Of a DNA stretch of 52,122 nt, positions 14,442-25,967 are shown one piece after another (position 1 is the first letter of the stretch; every line of letters starts with the position of its first letter). Position numbers and translations under genes: made by a program. This DNA comes from Chlorobaculum parvum (GTDB taxonomy: Bacteria; Bacteroidota; Chlorobiia; Chlorobiales; Chlorobiaceae): positions 1 to 52,122 of the forward strand of contig DRSQ01000066.1 in NCBI GenBank assembly GCA_011372505.1, read 5' to 3'. The notes under the pieces are model-generated. The model saw only the letters and a program-made list of their open reading frames with translations. It ran no database searches and was not told where the DNA came from.

Positions 14442-14463
14442 TTGTCACCAACAAAAAAAACAG

Positions 14464-14546
14464 TGGGTAGGGGGGGATTCGAACCTCCGAAGACATATGT
14501 CGACAGATTTACAGTCTGTTGCGTTTGACCGCTTCGCTACCTACCC
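14464..14546 (-). tRNA. tRNA-Tyr (GTA)
   Basis: GGGTAGG acceptor, ACAGA-CTGTAAA-TCTGT arm, long variable arm; 83 nt. Confidence 0.96.
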
Positions 14547-14560
14547 ATGCATAACCGGTG

Positions 14561-14633
14561 AGCTGGTGATGGGACTCGAACCCGCAACCTGCTGATTACA
14601 AATCAGCTGCTCTACCAATTGAGCTACACCAGC
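14561..14633 (-). tRNA. tRNA-Thr (TGT)
   Basis: GCTGGTG acceptor, GCTGA-TTTGTAA-TCAGC arm. Confidence 0.96.
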
Positions 14634-14657
14634 AGCTCATAAAAATACAGGGCTGGT

Positions 14658-14685
14658 AATATAAGCCTCGCCTCAAATTATCCAA
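14658..14685 (-). promoter_or_regulatory. Putative sigma70-type promoter of the tRNA-secE-nusG operon
   Basis: TTGGAT-N16-TATATT with a T-tract upstream, about 25 nt before tRNA-Thr. Confidence 0.5.
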
Positions 14686-14850
14686 AGGAAAAAAACATAA
14701 TTTGCTCTTTTCCGGCAGAAACGGGAAAGACATGCAAAGCCTTGGCTGTTCACGTATGAGTCGCGTTAAGGGGATAGGCAAGATGGGCGTGGATGGCCAA
14801 GAAAAATGCGGGGGGGGACAGAAAAAAGCTGCGCTAATCCTGCCGTCTCC

Positions 14851-15636
14851 TCAGGTTTTTTCATGAGCGCCGGCAAACAGACCAGCAAGCCAAACCACCA
14901 GCTTTCTGGGCACAAAGCGTTGCGTGAAGCGCATCATGCTATCAAAGCTGGTCGGCAGAATGAGAACCGAGTTACCGGCAAGCCCACGCCGAACCGCGCG
15001 AATCACCACCTCGGGACTGGACACCGGAGTAATAATCCGGCTGCGATCGTGACCAGCCCGGCTGTAAAACTGGTCGTTGTCGATAAAACCGGGGCAAATG
15101 GCGAAGACGCGGACGCCGGTACCACTCAGCTCCCCCGCCAAAGCCTCGGTCAAAGTCACCACGAAGGATTTAGTTGCCGAGTAACAGGCCATGCCGGGCA
15201 CACCCTGAAACCCGCCGAGCGAGGCGATGTTGGCCACCACACCCTGGCGCCGCTGGAGCATGGACGGCAGAAACAGACGGGTCAACGTCGCAACGGCAAC
15301 CATGTTGACCATCGACATCCGGACAAGTTCCTCTTCCGGCATCTGCTCAAAACCGCCGGTGACCGAAAATCCGGCACAGTTGACCAGCCGGTCAACCCCG
15401 ATGGAACGCTCCTCGCAGAACCGGAACACCTGTTTGGCAGCCTCTGGTTCGGAAAGATCCCGGGGGCAGACCTGCACGTCGACCCCGTGCGCACCTCGCA
15501 ACTCAGCGGCAAGCGCCTCCAGCTTGTCGCCGGATCGCGCCACCAGCACAAGATGCTCACCGCTTTTAGCGCGATCTGCCGCGATAGCCTTGCCGGTGCC
15601 GCCCGAAGCGCCAGTGATCAGCGTGTAAGACTTCAT
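14851..15636 (-). CDS. Short-chain dehydrogenase/reductase
   Basis: TGASGGTG, VNCAG, YSATK (YxxxK). ATG at 15636 overlaps the ispG stop (ATGA). Confidence 0.93.
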   Translation of the reverse strand: MKSYTLITGASGGTGKAIAADRAKSGEHLVLVARSGDKLEALAAELRGAHGVDVQVCPRDLSEPEAAKQVFRFCEERSIGVDRLVNCAGFSVTGGFEQMPEEELVRMSMVNMVAVATLTRLFLPSMLQRRQGVVANIASLGGFQGVPGMACYSATKSFVVTLTEALAGELSGTGVRVFAICPGFIDNDQFYSRAGHDRSRIITPVSSPEVVIRAVRRGLAGNSVLILPTSFDSMMRFTQRFVPRKLVVWLAGLFAGAHEKT

Positions 15637-17717
15637 GACGGATCGACCCATTTGCCGTTCTGGCGAATCAGTTCAATCAGACGCTCAAGCGCCTCCGCTT
15701 CGGGCAGATTCTCCTCAACACACTCCTTGCCTACGTAGAGGCTGATGCGCCCCTTGCCCGAACCAACATAGCCGAAATCGGCGTCGGCCATTTCGCCGGG
15801 ACCGTTCACGATGCAGCCCATGATACCGATCTTCAGCCCCTTGAGGTGTGAAACCCGCTGCTTGATGAGCGCGGTGGCCTTTTCGAGATCGAAATAGGTG
15901 CGTCCGCAGCCAGGGCAGGAGATAAACTCGGTTTTGGACATCCTGATCCTGGCGGCCTGCAGAATGTTGAAGGCCAGCGCAAGCTCGTCAGCAGCTGAAA
16001 GCGCCGTGTCGAGCGCCAGAATATCACCGATGCCGTCGCAGAAAAGCGTGCCGGTCTGGATCGCGCTTTCGATCATCACGCCGGAGCGCTCGCCCTCATG
16101 GCGACGGTAGCGCACCACAAGCGGGTAGTCGATACCAGCCTTTTTCAGCTCGAACGCAAGTTTTCGGACAGCATAAAGCGGCTCGCGGGAGAGAATGGAG
16201 AGCATCAACCGCTGCCCCCCCTTCTGCTTCAGCTTGGAAGCAAGGCGCACCAGCACCTCGGCGGGTACATTCTCCGAGGCGTTTTCGTGGATGAAGCAAA
16301 ACTCGATGGCAGCCTCATTGTCGTGCAGCGATTCGATGAAACCCGTCGAGAGCGCTTCGCCCTCGACGATATCGAGCCGCACCCGACCGCAAAGCGGCAA
16401 CAGCGTTTCGACCAACGCGGTGTCGGCGGTCGAGACGACCACCTTTTCGCGCAGCTCGCCGAGCGAATCGAGCAACCGTTCAAGCATCGGCACATCCTCG
16501 ACGCTGCCGATGGCGACGCCGACATATTCCGAGCGAATCGCATCCTCCGGCTTGTCCGGAGCGAGGCGGGCGAGAAGCTCCTGCGCAAGCCCATCCGGAT
16601 CGGAAAGCGGCGTTTTGGCCATCGTCTCCACGCCAGGAAGCGCATCGGAACCAACCGAATTGCCCGCGCCATCGATCCGGCAGGACAGACGTCTCGAATA
16701 GCCGAACGGCTCGAACGGCAGCAGCTCGTGCGCCCACCCTCTCAGTCCAGGCTCGACCACATGCTTGACCGAAAGGTGCCCCTGGTCGCCCTTGACCAGC
16801 AGGCGATCGTTGTATTTCCGGACGATGGCGAAACCAACTGGCACTTCGTTGACCGGGTCCTCGGTGAGCGATACGCGGATGGTGTCGCCGAGGCCATCTT
16901 CGAGCAACGCACCGATACCCATTGCCGACTTGATGCGCCCCTCGTCGCCATCCCCCGCCTCGGTCACCCCGAGATGCAGCGGATAGGCGTAACGCAGCTC
17001 CGCATCCGCGCGAGCGACGAGCAGGCGATAAGCCTGAATCATCACCCTCACGTTCGAGGATTTCATCGAGAAGAGAATGTCGTAGTATCCTTCATCCTCA
17101 CAGATCCGCGCGAATTCAAGCGCCGCTTCCACCATGCCTTCCGGCGAGTTGCCCAGGCGACTCACGATCCGGTCGGAGAGGGAGCCATGGTTGGTGCCGA
17201 TGCGCATCGACACGCCAAGCTCTTTGGCTTTTCTGGCCAGCGGCGTGAACTCCTCGCGCACCTTGTCGAGCTCGGCTCGATACTGTTCGTCGCTGTAATC
17301 CTCGCTCGAAAACTTTGCGCCGGTAGCGTAATTGCCCGGATTGATACGAATGTTCTCGACAAACTCCACCGCTTTCATGGCTGCTTTCGCTGAAAAATGG
17401 ATGTCGGCCACCAGCGGTGTATCGATACCGTCACCCCTGAGCTGATCGCGGATGTTGCGCAGGTTCTCGGCATCGCGCTCGGTCGGCACCGTCAGGCGGA
17501 TGATTTCACACCCCGCCTCATACAGACGCCGGCACTGCTCGACGGTGGCCTCCGTATCCATCGTGTGGGTGTTGGTCATCGACTCCACCCTGATCGGCTG
17601 GTGGCCGCCAAGAGTGATCTGGCCGAACGGCACCTCTCTGGTAAAGCGGCGGCGATAGCTGTACACCGGCACGGGATAGACGACGGACTGGGCTCCGGCA
17701 AGCGTTTTTTCAGTCAT
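15633..17717 (-). CDS. ispG: 4-hydroxy-3-methylbut-2-en-1-yl diphosphate synthase, long form with insertion domain
   Basis: PLVADIHF, RINPGN, RIGTNHGSLS, PLHLGVTEAG, ISCPGCGR, MGCIVNGPGE. Start 17717 chosen because a terminator lies within the longer ORF's 5' extension. Confidence 0.96.
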   Translation of the reverse strand: MTEKTLAGAQSVVYPVPVYSYRRRFTREVPFGQITLGGHQPIRVESMTNTHTMDTEATVEQCRRLYEAGCEIIRLTVPTERDAENLRNIRDQLRGDGIDTPLVADIHFSAKAAMKAVEFVENIRINPGNYATGAKFSSEDYSDEQYRAELDKVREEFTPLARKAKELGVSMRIGTNHGSLSDRIVSRLGNSPEGMVEAALEFARICEDEGYYDILFSMKSSNVRVMIQAYRLLVARADAELRYAYPLHLGVTEAGDGDEGRIKSAMGIGALLEDGLGDTIRVSLTEDPVNEVPVGFAIVRKYNDRLLVKGDQGHLSVKHVVEPGLRGWAHELLPFEPFGYSRRLSCRIDGAGNSVGSDALPGVETMAKTPLSDPDGLAQELLARLAPDKPEDAIRSEYVGVAIGSVEDVPMLERLLDSLGELREKVVVSTADTALVETLLPLCGRVRLDIVEGEALSTGFIESLHDNEAAIEFCFIHENASENVPAEVLVRLASKLKQKGGQRLMLSILSREPLYAVRKLAFELKKAGIDYPLVVRYRRHEGERSGVMIESAIQTGTLFCDGIGDILALDTALSAADELALAFNILQAARIRMSKTEFISCPGCGRTYFDLEKATALIKQRVSHLKGLKIGIMGCIVNGPGEMADADFGYVGSGKGRISLYVGKECVEENLPEAEALERLIELIRQNGKWVDPS

Positions 17718-17775
17718 GAAAACGTGGCGTTGAAATTGAAAAGAATTGTCATGGAAAGTATGGATTGGACGGCAT

Positions 17776-17799
17776 AAAAAAAAGCCGGCAAACCGGCTT
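17776..17799 (-). terminator. Rho-independent terminator between ftsB-like gene and ispG
   Basis: Minus strand aagccgg-tttg-ccggc-T8. Confidence 0.7.
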
Positions 17800-17882
17800 A
17801 AAAGCTGTGAAACTGAATCGTAACGGGCGAGAAGTGACCGCGAGAAAAGGATACGCACTGAATCAGGCAGAGCCCAAACTCT

Positions 17883-18191
17883 TCATTCATCCTTGATAAG
17901 GAACACCGTCTCGTCGTCTTTGTGAAAATTGTAGCGCTCTCGTGCCACCTTTTCAACACTGTCCGGACTGTAGACATGTTCGATAATTGCCTGTTGCTCT
18001 GCAATCTTTTGCTCCTCTTCGGCAAGGCGCTCTTCGAGCCGCCGGTTTTCCAGCTCCATCTGGACGCGCTTGATCAGGCCGAAATCACCAAACACAAGCC
18101 CCAGCGCGAAAATCGCCAGCACCAGCCGGATCAGAAATTTCTTCGGATTCGAGCTGATCGAATCCCGTATATCCGAAAAAGAGGGCATCAT
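17883..18191 (-). CDS. Septum formation initiator (FtsB/DivIC family)
   Basis: TM helix, FGDFG, coiled coil, EKVARERY; downstream of eno. Start could be 18221. Confidence 0.85.
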   Translation of the reverse strand: MMPSFSDIRDSISSNPKKFLIRLVLAIFALGLVFGDFGLIKRVQMELENRRLEERLAEEEQKIAEQQAIIEHVYSPDSVEKVARERYNFHKDDETVFLIKDE

Positions 18192-18296
18192 GATTCGATA
18201 GAGTGGCCTTGATGGCTTCATGCGTCAAAGGCATGCCGGAACAATCGACATGCCTTTGTTCGCGAAAGAGTTATCAGGAAAAAGCTTCGGCGAGGC

Positions 18297-19667
<1,371 letters not shown>

Positions 19668-19866
19668 TCATTCTTTGGAGACCGGCAGGCCATTTTATCA
19701 TACTCAAAGCCGTATTAATGGTGATTACAACAGCGGATACAATATTTTTTTGATTAAGTTTTTGTTAAGTGCCGCAGGCTGAATACCTGCCAAGTTCATC
19801 GTAAAGCAGTAATCTCCGGCCACAGCGGACAGCTCCGTTTAACCAAACCAACAAAGGAGTAGTGAC

Positions 19867-21945
19867 ATGCAAGCTGTTCCAACCGAGCAATTGAGGAACA
19901 TTGTCGTTACCGGCCATGCAGGAACCGGCAAAACCATGCTGTGTGAATCGTTCGCCCTGAGCATGGGGGTTATCAACCGGCTCGGCAGCATTGAAGAAGG
20001 TTCAACCCTGTCGGATTATGCTTCCGATGAAATCGAAAGACAACACAGCCTGAATACCAGCCTTATTCACGGCAACTGGAAAGACAAAAAGATCAATATT
20101 ATCGACACGCCCGGGCTGGTCGATTTTCACGGAGACGTCAAATCGGCCATGCGCGTAGCTGATACAGTGCTGATCACGGTCAACGCTGCAACAGGCGTTG
20201 AGGTCGGCACCGACACCGTTTGGGACTATACGCAAGAGTACTACAAGCCAACCATGTTCGTGCTGACTAAACTGGATGCCGACCGGGCTGAATTCGATGA
20301 AACCATCGAAGCCCTCCGCGACCATTTTGGCCACCTGGTCACGCCGATCCAGTTCCCCGTCAAAGAGGGGCAGAATCACCACATTCTGATCGACGTGCTT
20401 TTGATGAAGCAGCTTGAATTTGATCCTGACAAGCCTGGCAGCATGACGATCTCCGACATTCCAGACCTGCACCGAAAAAAGGCTGAGGAGCTTCATCAGC
20501 AGCTTGTCGAGGCGGTTGCCGAAACCGATGAGGAGCTAATGAACCGCTTCTTCGATGTCGGCACTCTGACCGAAGACGAGCTAAGGGCGGGCCTCAAATC
20601 AGCCCTCCTTACCAGAACCTTCTTCCCGGTCTTTTGCACCTCTCCGCTGCACCTGATCGGTTCGGAACGCTTGCTCAACGCCATCGTCAACCTTTGCCCT
20701 TCCCCAATCGAACGTGGCCCTGAACACGCCCACTGTTCAGTCATGAACGACGAAAAGCTGCTCGATCCCAACCCGGAAGGCCCGACCGTGGCGTTCATTT
20801 TTAAAACCATGTCGGAACCAAGAGTTGGCGAAATCTCCTACATTCGCGTCTATTCAGGCCATATCGAAAGCGGGCACGAACTGATCGACGCCCAGACCGG
20901 ACAGCTCGAAAAGCTTGGACAGGTTCACACCATGCTCGGTCAGAAAAAAATTCCTGTCGACAAACTGCTTGCCGGCGACATCGGCATGGTGGTCAAACTC
21001 AAGAATTCGCACACCAACGATACGCTGGCTGACAAGGGGGTCGATTGTCGCATCAGCCCAATCATCTTTCCCGAGCCGGTGCTCTCGACGGCTATCGTTC
21101 CCACCAGCCAGGGCGACGAAGAGAAGATTTCCTCGGGCTTACACCACCTGCACGAAGAGGACCCGAGCTTCACCATCGAGCACGATGTGGAGTTCAACCA
21201 GACCATTCTGAAAACTCTCGGCGATACTCATCTCGACATCATCATCAGCCGCCTGTTCAACAAGTTCAATGTCAAGGTCGAGACCGCTCCAATACGGATT
21301 CCCTACCGCGAAACCATCAGAATCGCCGCCTCGGCGCAGGGCAAGTTCAAAAAGCAATCGGGGGGCCGCGGTCAGTATGGCGACGTGTGGATCAGGATCG
21401 AGCCTACGGACCGAGACTCTGGATTCGAGTTCGCCAGCGAAGTTGTCGGCGGCGTCGTGCCAACCCGCTATTTACCGGCTGTCGAAAAGGGAATACGCGA
21501 AACGATCACTCATGGACTCCTTGCCGGCTATCCACTGGTCGATCTCAAGACCGTAGCCTACGACGGTTCGCACCATCCGGTTGACAGCTCGGAGAACGCT
21601 TTTAAAATCGCGGCAAGCATGGGCTTCAAAGCCGCCTTTGACAAAGCAAAACCACTGATTCTCGAACCGCTCTGTTCACTCACCGTTCAGACACCTGACC
21701 AGTATACCGGTGAAATCGTCGGGGAAATCTCAAGCAAGCGAGGCCGTATTCTCGGCATGGATACCGACTCACGATTCCAGATCATCAAGGCGATGATTCC
21801 GCAATCGTCTCTCTCGGATTTCCACCACGACCTGACCAGGCTGACTCAGAGCCGTGCTCGTTACAGCTATGTTTTCAGCCACTACGAAGAAGCGCCATCG
21901 GATGTGGCCAACAAACTTATTGCGGAGAAAAACAACGAAAGCTAA
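19867..21945 (+). CDS. Elongation factor G paralogue (EF-G2-like)
   Basis: GHAGTGKT, DTPG, KQSGGRGQYG, DGSHHPVDSS. RQHSL replaces RGITI and TKLD replaces NKxD. AAGGAG RBS; stand-alone, not in the str operon. Confidence 0.93.
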   Translation: MQAVPTEQLRNIVVTGHAGTGKTMLCESFALSMGVINRLGSIEEGSTLSDYASDEIERQHSLNTSLIHGNWKDKKINIIDTPGLVDFHGDVKSAMRVADTVLITVNAATGVEVGTDTVWDYTQEYYKPTMFVLTKLDADRAEFDETIEALRDHFGHLVTPIQFPVKEGQNHHILIDVLLMKQLEFDPDKPGSMTISDIPDLHRKKAEELHQQLVEAVAETDEELMNRFFDVGTLTEDELRAGLKSALLTRTFFPVFCTSPLHLIGSERLLNAIVNLCPSPIERGPEHAHCSVMNDEKLLDPNPEGPTVAFIFKTMSEPRVGEISYIRVYSGHIESGHELIDAQTGQLEKLGQVHTMLGQKKIPVDKLLAGDIGMVVKLKNSHTNDTLADKGVDCRISPIIFPEPVLSTAIVPTSQGDEEKISSGLHHLHEEDPSFTIEHDVEFNQTILKTLGDTHLDIIISRLFNKFNVKVETAPIRIPYRETIRIAASAQGKFKKQSGGRGQYGDVWIRIEPTDRDSGFEFASEVVGGVVPTRYLPAVEKGIRETITHGLLAGYPLVDLKTVAYDGSHHPVDSSENAFKIAASMGFKAAFDKAKPLILEPLCSLTVQTPDQYTGEIVGEISSKRGRILGMDTDSRFQIIKAMIPQSSLSDFHHDLTRLTQSRARYSYVFSHYEEAPSDVANKLIAEKNNES

Positions 21946-21984
21946 AGGCTTTCTTCTCAAGCAAGTAGACTTAATCAAACTTGT

Positions 21985-22033
21985 CAAAACAAAAGCGGCT
22001 GTACAATCATCGAGTACAGCCGCTTTTGTTTTG
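21985..22033. terminator. Bidirectional terminator between the EF-G paralogue and the GT2 gene
   Basis: caaaacaaaagcggctgtac-loop-gtacagccgcttttgttttg perfect inverted repeat. Confidence 0.9.
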
Positions 22034-22118
22034 TTCTGATATAGATATAGTTTAAACGTCTGGCGATCAGATCAGGTTAATTTTAAGGCTCACAGTCCCG
22101 CATTCTACATCCCAAGCC

Positions 22119-22868
22119 CTATAACCGCCCGACAATTGAAAGTAGCTTAAGCCACCAGACCATCCAGACTGCCTCCACGATATTTTTTCTGGTCATTTTC
22201 GATTTTCCAACCGTCCGATCGACAAAGATGATCGGGACCTCATGAATAGTGAAGCCTTGCTTCCACACCCGAAAATTAATCTCAATTTGAAATGAGTAAC
22301 CCTGTGAGTGAATACGATCCAACGAAATGGTTTTGAGGGTTTTCCTGCTCAAGCACTTGAACCCGCTGGTAGGATCAGATACCGGCATTCCTGTAATCAG
22401 GCGAGTGTAGATGCTTGCTGTTTTGGAAAGTATGAGACGCGACAGGGGCCAGTTGACCACATTGACCGTGTTGTTCATGTAGCGCGAACCGATCACAAGA
22501 TCGGCGCGCTCCATCCCGTCGATCAATGAGGCAATGGAGGCGGGATCGTGAGAAAAGTCGGCATCCATCTCGATAATGCGCTCGTAACCGTTCTCAAGAG
22601 CGTAACGAAAACCCATGAGATAGGCAGTGCCAAGACCAAGCTTTCCTGGCCTCTTCAGCAACGTCACCCGAGGTTCGTTTGCAGCGATCTTTTCGACAAT
22701 CACCCCGGTACCATCCGGCGAACTGTCATCGATGACCAGCATATCGAGATTCTCACTATAGCGCTCAAGAACGGTAAGGATCAGAGACTCGATATTTTCT
22801 GCCTCGTTATAGGTCGGAATGATGACCAGCGTTTTTCCGGCAGGGTTCTGTAGTGATTGATCGTACAC
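22119..22868 (-). CDS. Polyprenol-phosphate mannosyltransferase (DPM1-like GT2)
   Basis: IIPTYNE, DDSSPDGT, GLGTAY, MDADFSHDP, GSRY, DPTSGF; start uncertain (GTG 22868). Confidence 0.92.
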   Translation of the reverse strand: MYDQSLQNPAGKTLVIIPTYNEAENIESLILTVLERYSENLDMLVIDDSSPDGTGVIVEKIAANEPRVTLLKRPGKLGLGTAYLMGFRYALENGYERIIEMDADFSHDPASIASLIDGMERADLVIGSRYMNNTVNVVNWPLSRLILSKTASIYTRLITGMPVSDPTSGFKCLSRKTLKTISLDRIHSQGYSFQIEINFRVWKQGFTIHEVPIIFVDRTVGKSKMTRKNIVEAVWMVWWLKLLSIVGRL

Positions 22869-22908
22869 GCTCGTAGGATTGTATCGTATTGCGCCTGTTT
22901 GATCCAAT

Positions 22909-22944
22909 AAAAAAAGCATTGCTTCGCTAAAAGCAATGCTTTTT
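22909..22944 (-). terminator. Terminator after pscB
   Basis: aaaaagcattgctt-loop-aagcaatgcttttt with A/T tracts. Confidence 0.8.
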
Positions 22945-22976
22945 CAAAACCGGTCATGCGGTATGGAATTTCAGGC

Positions 22977-23678
22977 TTACCTGACCTCGCGGTGAAAGCG
23001 ATGCAGGAAGCGCAGATCAAAATCAAGCCTTTCTGGTGGCGTGTAGCTGAAGTCAAGCACTTCGCCATCAGGAAGCTGCTCGATCAAGGCACCTGAAGGA
23101 CACTCGTCACCAGAGAAACATGCCGAGCAGGAAATACATGCATCCTGATCGATATAGCAACGGAAACCACCCTCCTGCACGTCACCGTAGAACTTGTAAC
23201 CAATAGCGTTGATCTTCGGCGGGCACTTATCAAGACACAAGCCGCAACCAACACAGAGGTTCTCGATAATGAAATAGTGCTTCTTCGGACGCGGCGCAGC
23301 TTTTTTCAATGCCGGCTTTGCAGCAGGTTTCGCGGCTGGCTTTGCCGGTGGAGCACCTTTTGCGACCGGGGCCCCTTTGGCGGCTGGTGCGCCTTTCGGA
23401 GCAGGCTTGCCTGCCGGTTTTGGTGCCGGTTTGGCCTTCGGCTTGACATACGGAAGCGCAGACTCCTGACGAACACCAGAACGTCCGAGCGTCACATCCA
23501 ACGAAGACAACCTGGGCTTGGCAGATTGCTTGGCGGCAGGAGCTTTAGCCTTGGGCACAGCAGCCGGACCTTTGGGCGCAGGTTTAGCGCCGGCTTTAGG
23601 CGCACCTGGAGCGCCTTTCGGGGCAACTTTTGCTCCCGGCTTGGGTGCCTGGTTTTGGTTTTGAACAGGTTCGGCCAT
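22977..23678 (-). CDS. pscB: Photosystem P840 reaction centre iron-sulfur protein
   Basis: Ala/Pro/Lys-rich N-terminus; CVGCGLCLDKCP and CISCSACFSGDECP (FA/FB clusters); follows pscA. Confidence 0.97.
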   Translation of the reverse strand: MAEPVQNQNQAPKPGAKVAPKGAPGAPKAGAKPAPKGPAAVPKAKAPAAKQSAKPRLSSLDVTLGRSGVRQESALPYVKPKAKPAPKPAGKPAPKGAPAAKGAPVAKGAPPAKPAAKPAAKPALKKAAPRPKKHYFIIENLCVGCGLCLDKCPPKINAIGYKFYGDVQEGGFRCYIDQDACISCSACFSGDECPSGALIEQLPDGEVLDFSYTPPERLDFDLRFLHRFHREVR

Positions 23679-23771
23679 TACAAACCCCCCTCTCTAAAAT
23701 TGTTTTGCGTGGTAAACGTTATGACTCAAGAAGGTAGAAGGGGCAGAAAGCCCCTTCGTACCGTAGTGTTG

Positions 23772-25967
23772 TTACGCAATCAGTTTCATCAGCGTATCGA
23801 CCAACTGGGCCAGCATCTGCTGTCCGGAGACTGCGGCTTCGCTGACGGGAGGCGGTAGCGGAGAATCGGTCTGATAGAAGCCGTTGGCGATGAACAGGAA
23901 CACCAGCATGAAGGTACCGCCAAAGTACAGGAAAGTACCGGCAAGCTTGGAGTCCGAAATGGTCAGCACCGGGAAGCGGAACTGGACGTCCCTGTTGAGG
24001 AACTTCTTGCCCAGCCAGCGGATGGTGCGGGTCTGGATATCGGCACCTTCGAGACGCGAACCGCGATCCTCGAACCACACAGCGAAGCTGATGAACCACA
24101 CCAGGTGACCGATCATCAGGATGGTCGAAAGGTGTGAACTGGAGAAGATCGTCACGGTCTCGGTCCAGAAGTAGTAGAAGATACCCGAGGTGTAGTGGTG
24201 CTGGAGGCCGGCGATGGCATCCCAAGCCTTCGCATCGGCAGCAGGCACACCGTACATCATCGAAGCGATCCAGGCGCCATCGATGTACCAGCAGACTGCG
24301 GACAGACCTTTGATACCCCAGAGCATGGCGAACCAGAGCTGGTCCTGGATGGAGACACCGCAGGTACCACCATAGACCGGGCCGAGGCACGGGAAGGAGT
24401 AGGAGTTCTTCTTCAGGCCCAGATCATCCCAGAGCGGAGAGGTGTGGGCGAAGAAGGCGATACGAACCAGCGCGATCAGCGAGAAGAGCGAACCGGCAGT
24501 AATGACATGGGCCATGACCCAGTCGTTGATGCTCGGATCGGCAAACATCCACTGGAACATCGGAAGCGGTTTGAGCCAGTAGAACGACATCATGATGTTC
24601 GTTCCGAAAATGTTCAGCTCACAGATCGTGTTCCAGACGATGACGGCATACACCGAAAGCATGGTCGAGAAACAGAGTGCCATGACGGTACCGAGGATCT
24701 TGACCTGGACTTCCTGGTCGCGGCCCTTGGTGATCCAGATCGACTTGATCTGGTTGTAAACGCCATTGAGCTGGATTTTAAGCAGGTACTGACCACCGTG
24801 ATAGACACCCGCGAAGACATAGAGCACACCGCAGATGATGTGGTTGAAGGTGATCAGGTTGATGACAACCCTTGCCATGCCGAACGAATCACCGTTCTTG
24901 GGAAGAATCGCATACGGAGCGAACTCGGCAAACTCCTTGGAGCCGGAGATGATCTTGCCGCCTTGCTCGATGAAGTCAAAGCTGACGCGGTTAAACGGCT
25001 CACCATAGATATAGAACACCAGATTGTCGAGCTCTTTGTAGTAAGCATGGAACGACGGCTGCTGGAAGGCAACAAAGGCAATCACGCCAAGCGCGATGTT
25101 GATGTAGCCGATAGCAGTCAGGTGAACCGAGAATGCAGCCTTCATATCGTCATTAAGATGGATAGCTGCATTCGGAGGATTGTTCCACCAGTAGATACCG
25201 AGAGCGAAGAAAATCACGAACCAGACAAACGACATAAAGGTTTCGGAGTTGATCGTCTGGAAATCGGGAATCGGGGCAAATCCAAGAAGAAGCCACATCA
25301 GCAAGCCCCAGCCAAGGAAAAGCAAAGACATGTAGACGGCGTGTGGACCGAGAGCGTCTTTGTAAGTTTTCGCGCTGGTGCCATTAAAGACCGCATCACC
25401 GAACTTGCCAAGGAAACGGAAGTCGCGGAAGTTACCGCAGCGGCCGGTGAAGGGATTGGTCAGATTGTGCGTCCAGTGGCGCCAGCCGCCGAACAAGAGA
25501 ATAGAACCAGAGATGAAATGGAAGGCTGCCCAACCGAGAAGCCTTGCGCCAGCGGCCTCAAGATCGGCAGTCTTGGTGCTGTAAGTGTCGATGCCGAGCG
25601 AAACCATTCTCGGCTTGATGGTCAGGTAGAACCAGTTATCATGGAAACCCGGAGATCCCCAGGGAAACACCTGGATACCCGAGATGTAGTAGATAGCCAT
25701 GATAAAGCCCAGCACACCGAGCAAGGCAAGATGGCCGCCTACGACCTGCTCGTCATCGAGCTTTTCGGTATCGAAGATCTGGTACCACTTCGTCGAGCGC
25801 GTTTCCGTTCTCTGGAACAGAAAACGCCTCATTTTAGCGGCATCCTTTTCTTTAATGACCGATGCTCCGCCTGGCGTGCCATTTGCCTTCGGAGCCGGCG
25901 CCTTTCCTTTTGGAGGAGGCACTGTCCCCTTCGGCTTGACCCCTGCGGGTTTCACTTGTTCAGCCAT
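23772..25967 (-). CDS. pscA: Photosystem P840 reaction centre core protein
   Basis: FPCLGPVYGGTC FX-binding motif; 731-aa polytopic membrane protein. Confidence 0.99.
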   Translation of the reverse strand: MAEQVKPAGVKPKGTVPPPKGKAPAPKANGTPGGASVIKEKDAAKMRRFLFQRTETRSTKWYQIFDTEKLDDEQVVGGHLALLGVLGFIMAIYYISGIQVFPWGSPGFHDNWFYLTIKPRMVSLGIDTYSTKTADLEAAGARLLGWAAFHFISGSILLFGGWRHWTHNLTNPFTGRCGNFRDFRFLGKFGDAVFNGTSAKTYKDALGPHAVYMSLLFLGWGLLMWLLLGFAPIPDFQTINSETFMSFVWFVIFFALGIYWWNNPPNAAIHLNDDMKAAFSVHLTAIGYINIALGVIAFVAFQQPSFHAYYKELDNLVFYIYGEPFNRVSFDFIEQGGKIISGSKEFAEFAPYAILPKNGDSFGMARVVINLITFNHIICGVLYVFAGVYHGGQYLLKIQLNGVYNQIKSIWITKGRDQEVQVKILGTVMALCFSTMLSVYAVIVWNTICELNIFGTNIMMSFYWLKPLPMFQWMFADPSINDWVMAHVITAGSLFSLIALVRIAFFAHTSPLWDDLGLKKNSYSFPCLGPVYGGTCGVSIQDQLWFAMLWGIKGLSAVCWYIDGAWIASMMYGVPAADAKAWDAIAGLQHHYTSGIFYYFWTETVTIFSSSHLSTILMIGHLVWFISFAVWFEDRGSRLEGADIQTRTIRWLGKKFLNRDVQFRFPVLTISDSKLAGTFLYFGGTFMLVFLFIANGFYQTDSPLPPPVSEAAVSGQQMLAQLVDTLMKLIA

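Noticed and set aside
23280-23660. Ala/Pro/Lys repeats in the PscB N-terminus
   Set aside because: A known low-complexity feature of PscB, not a separate repeat element.
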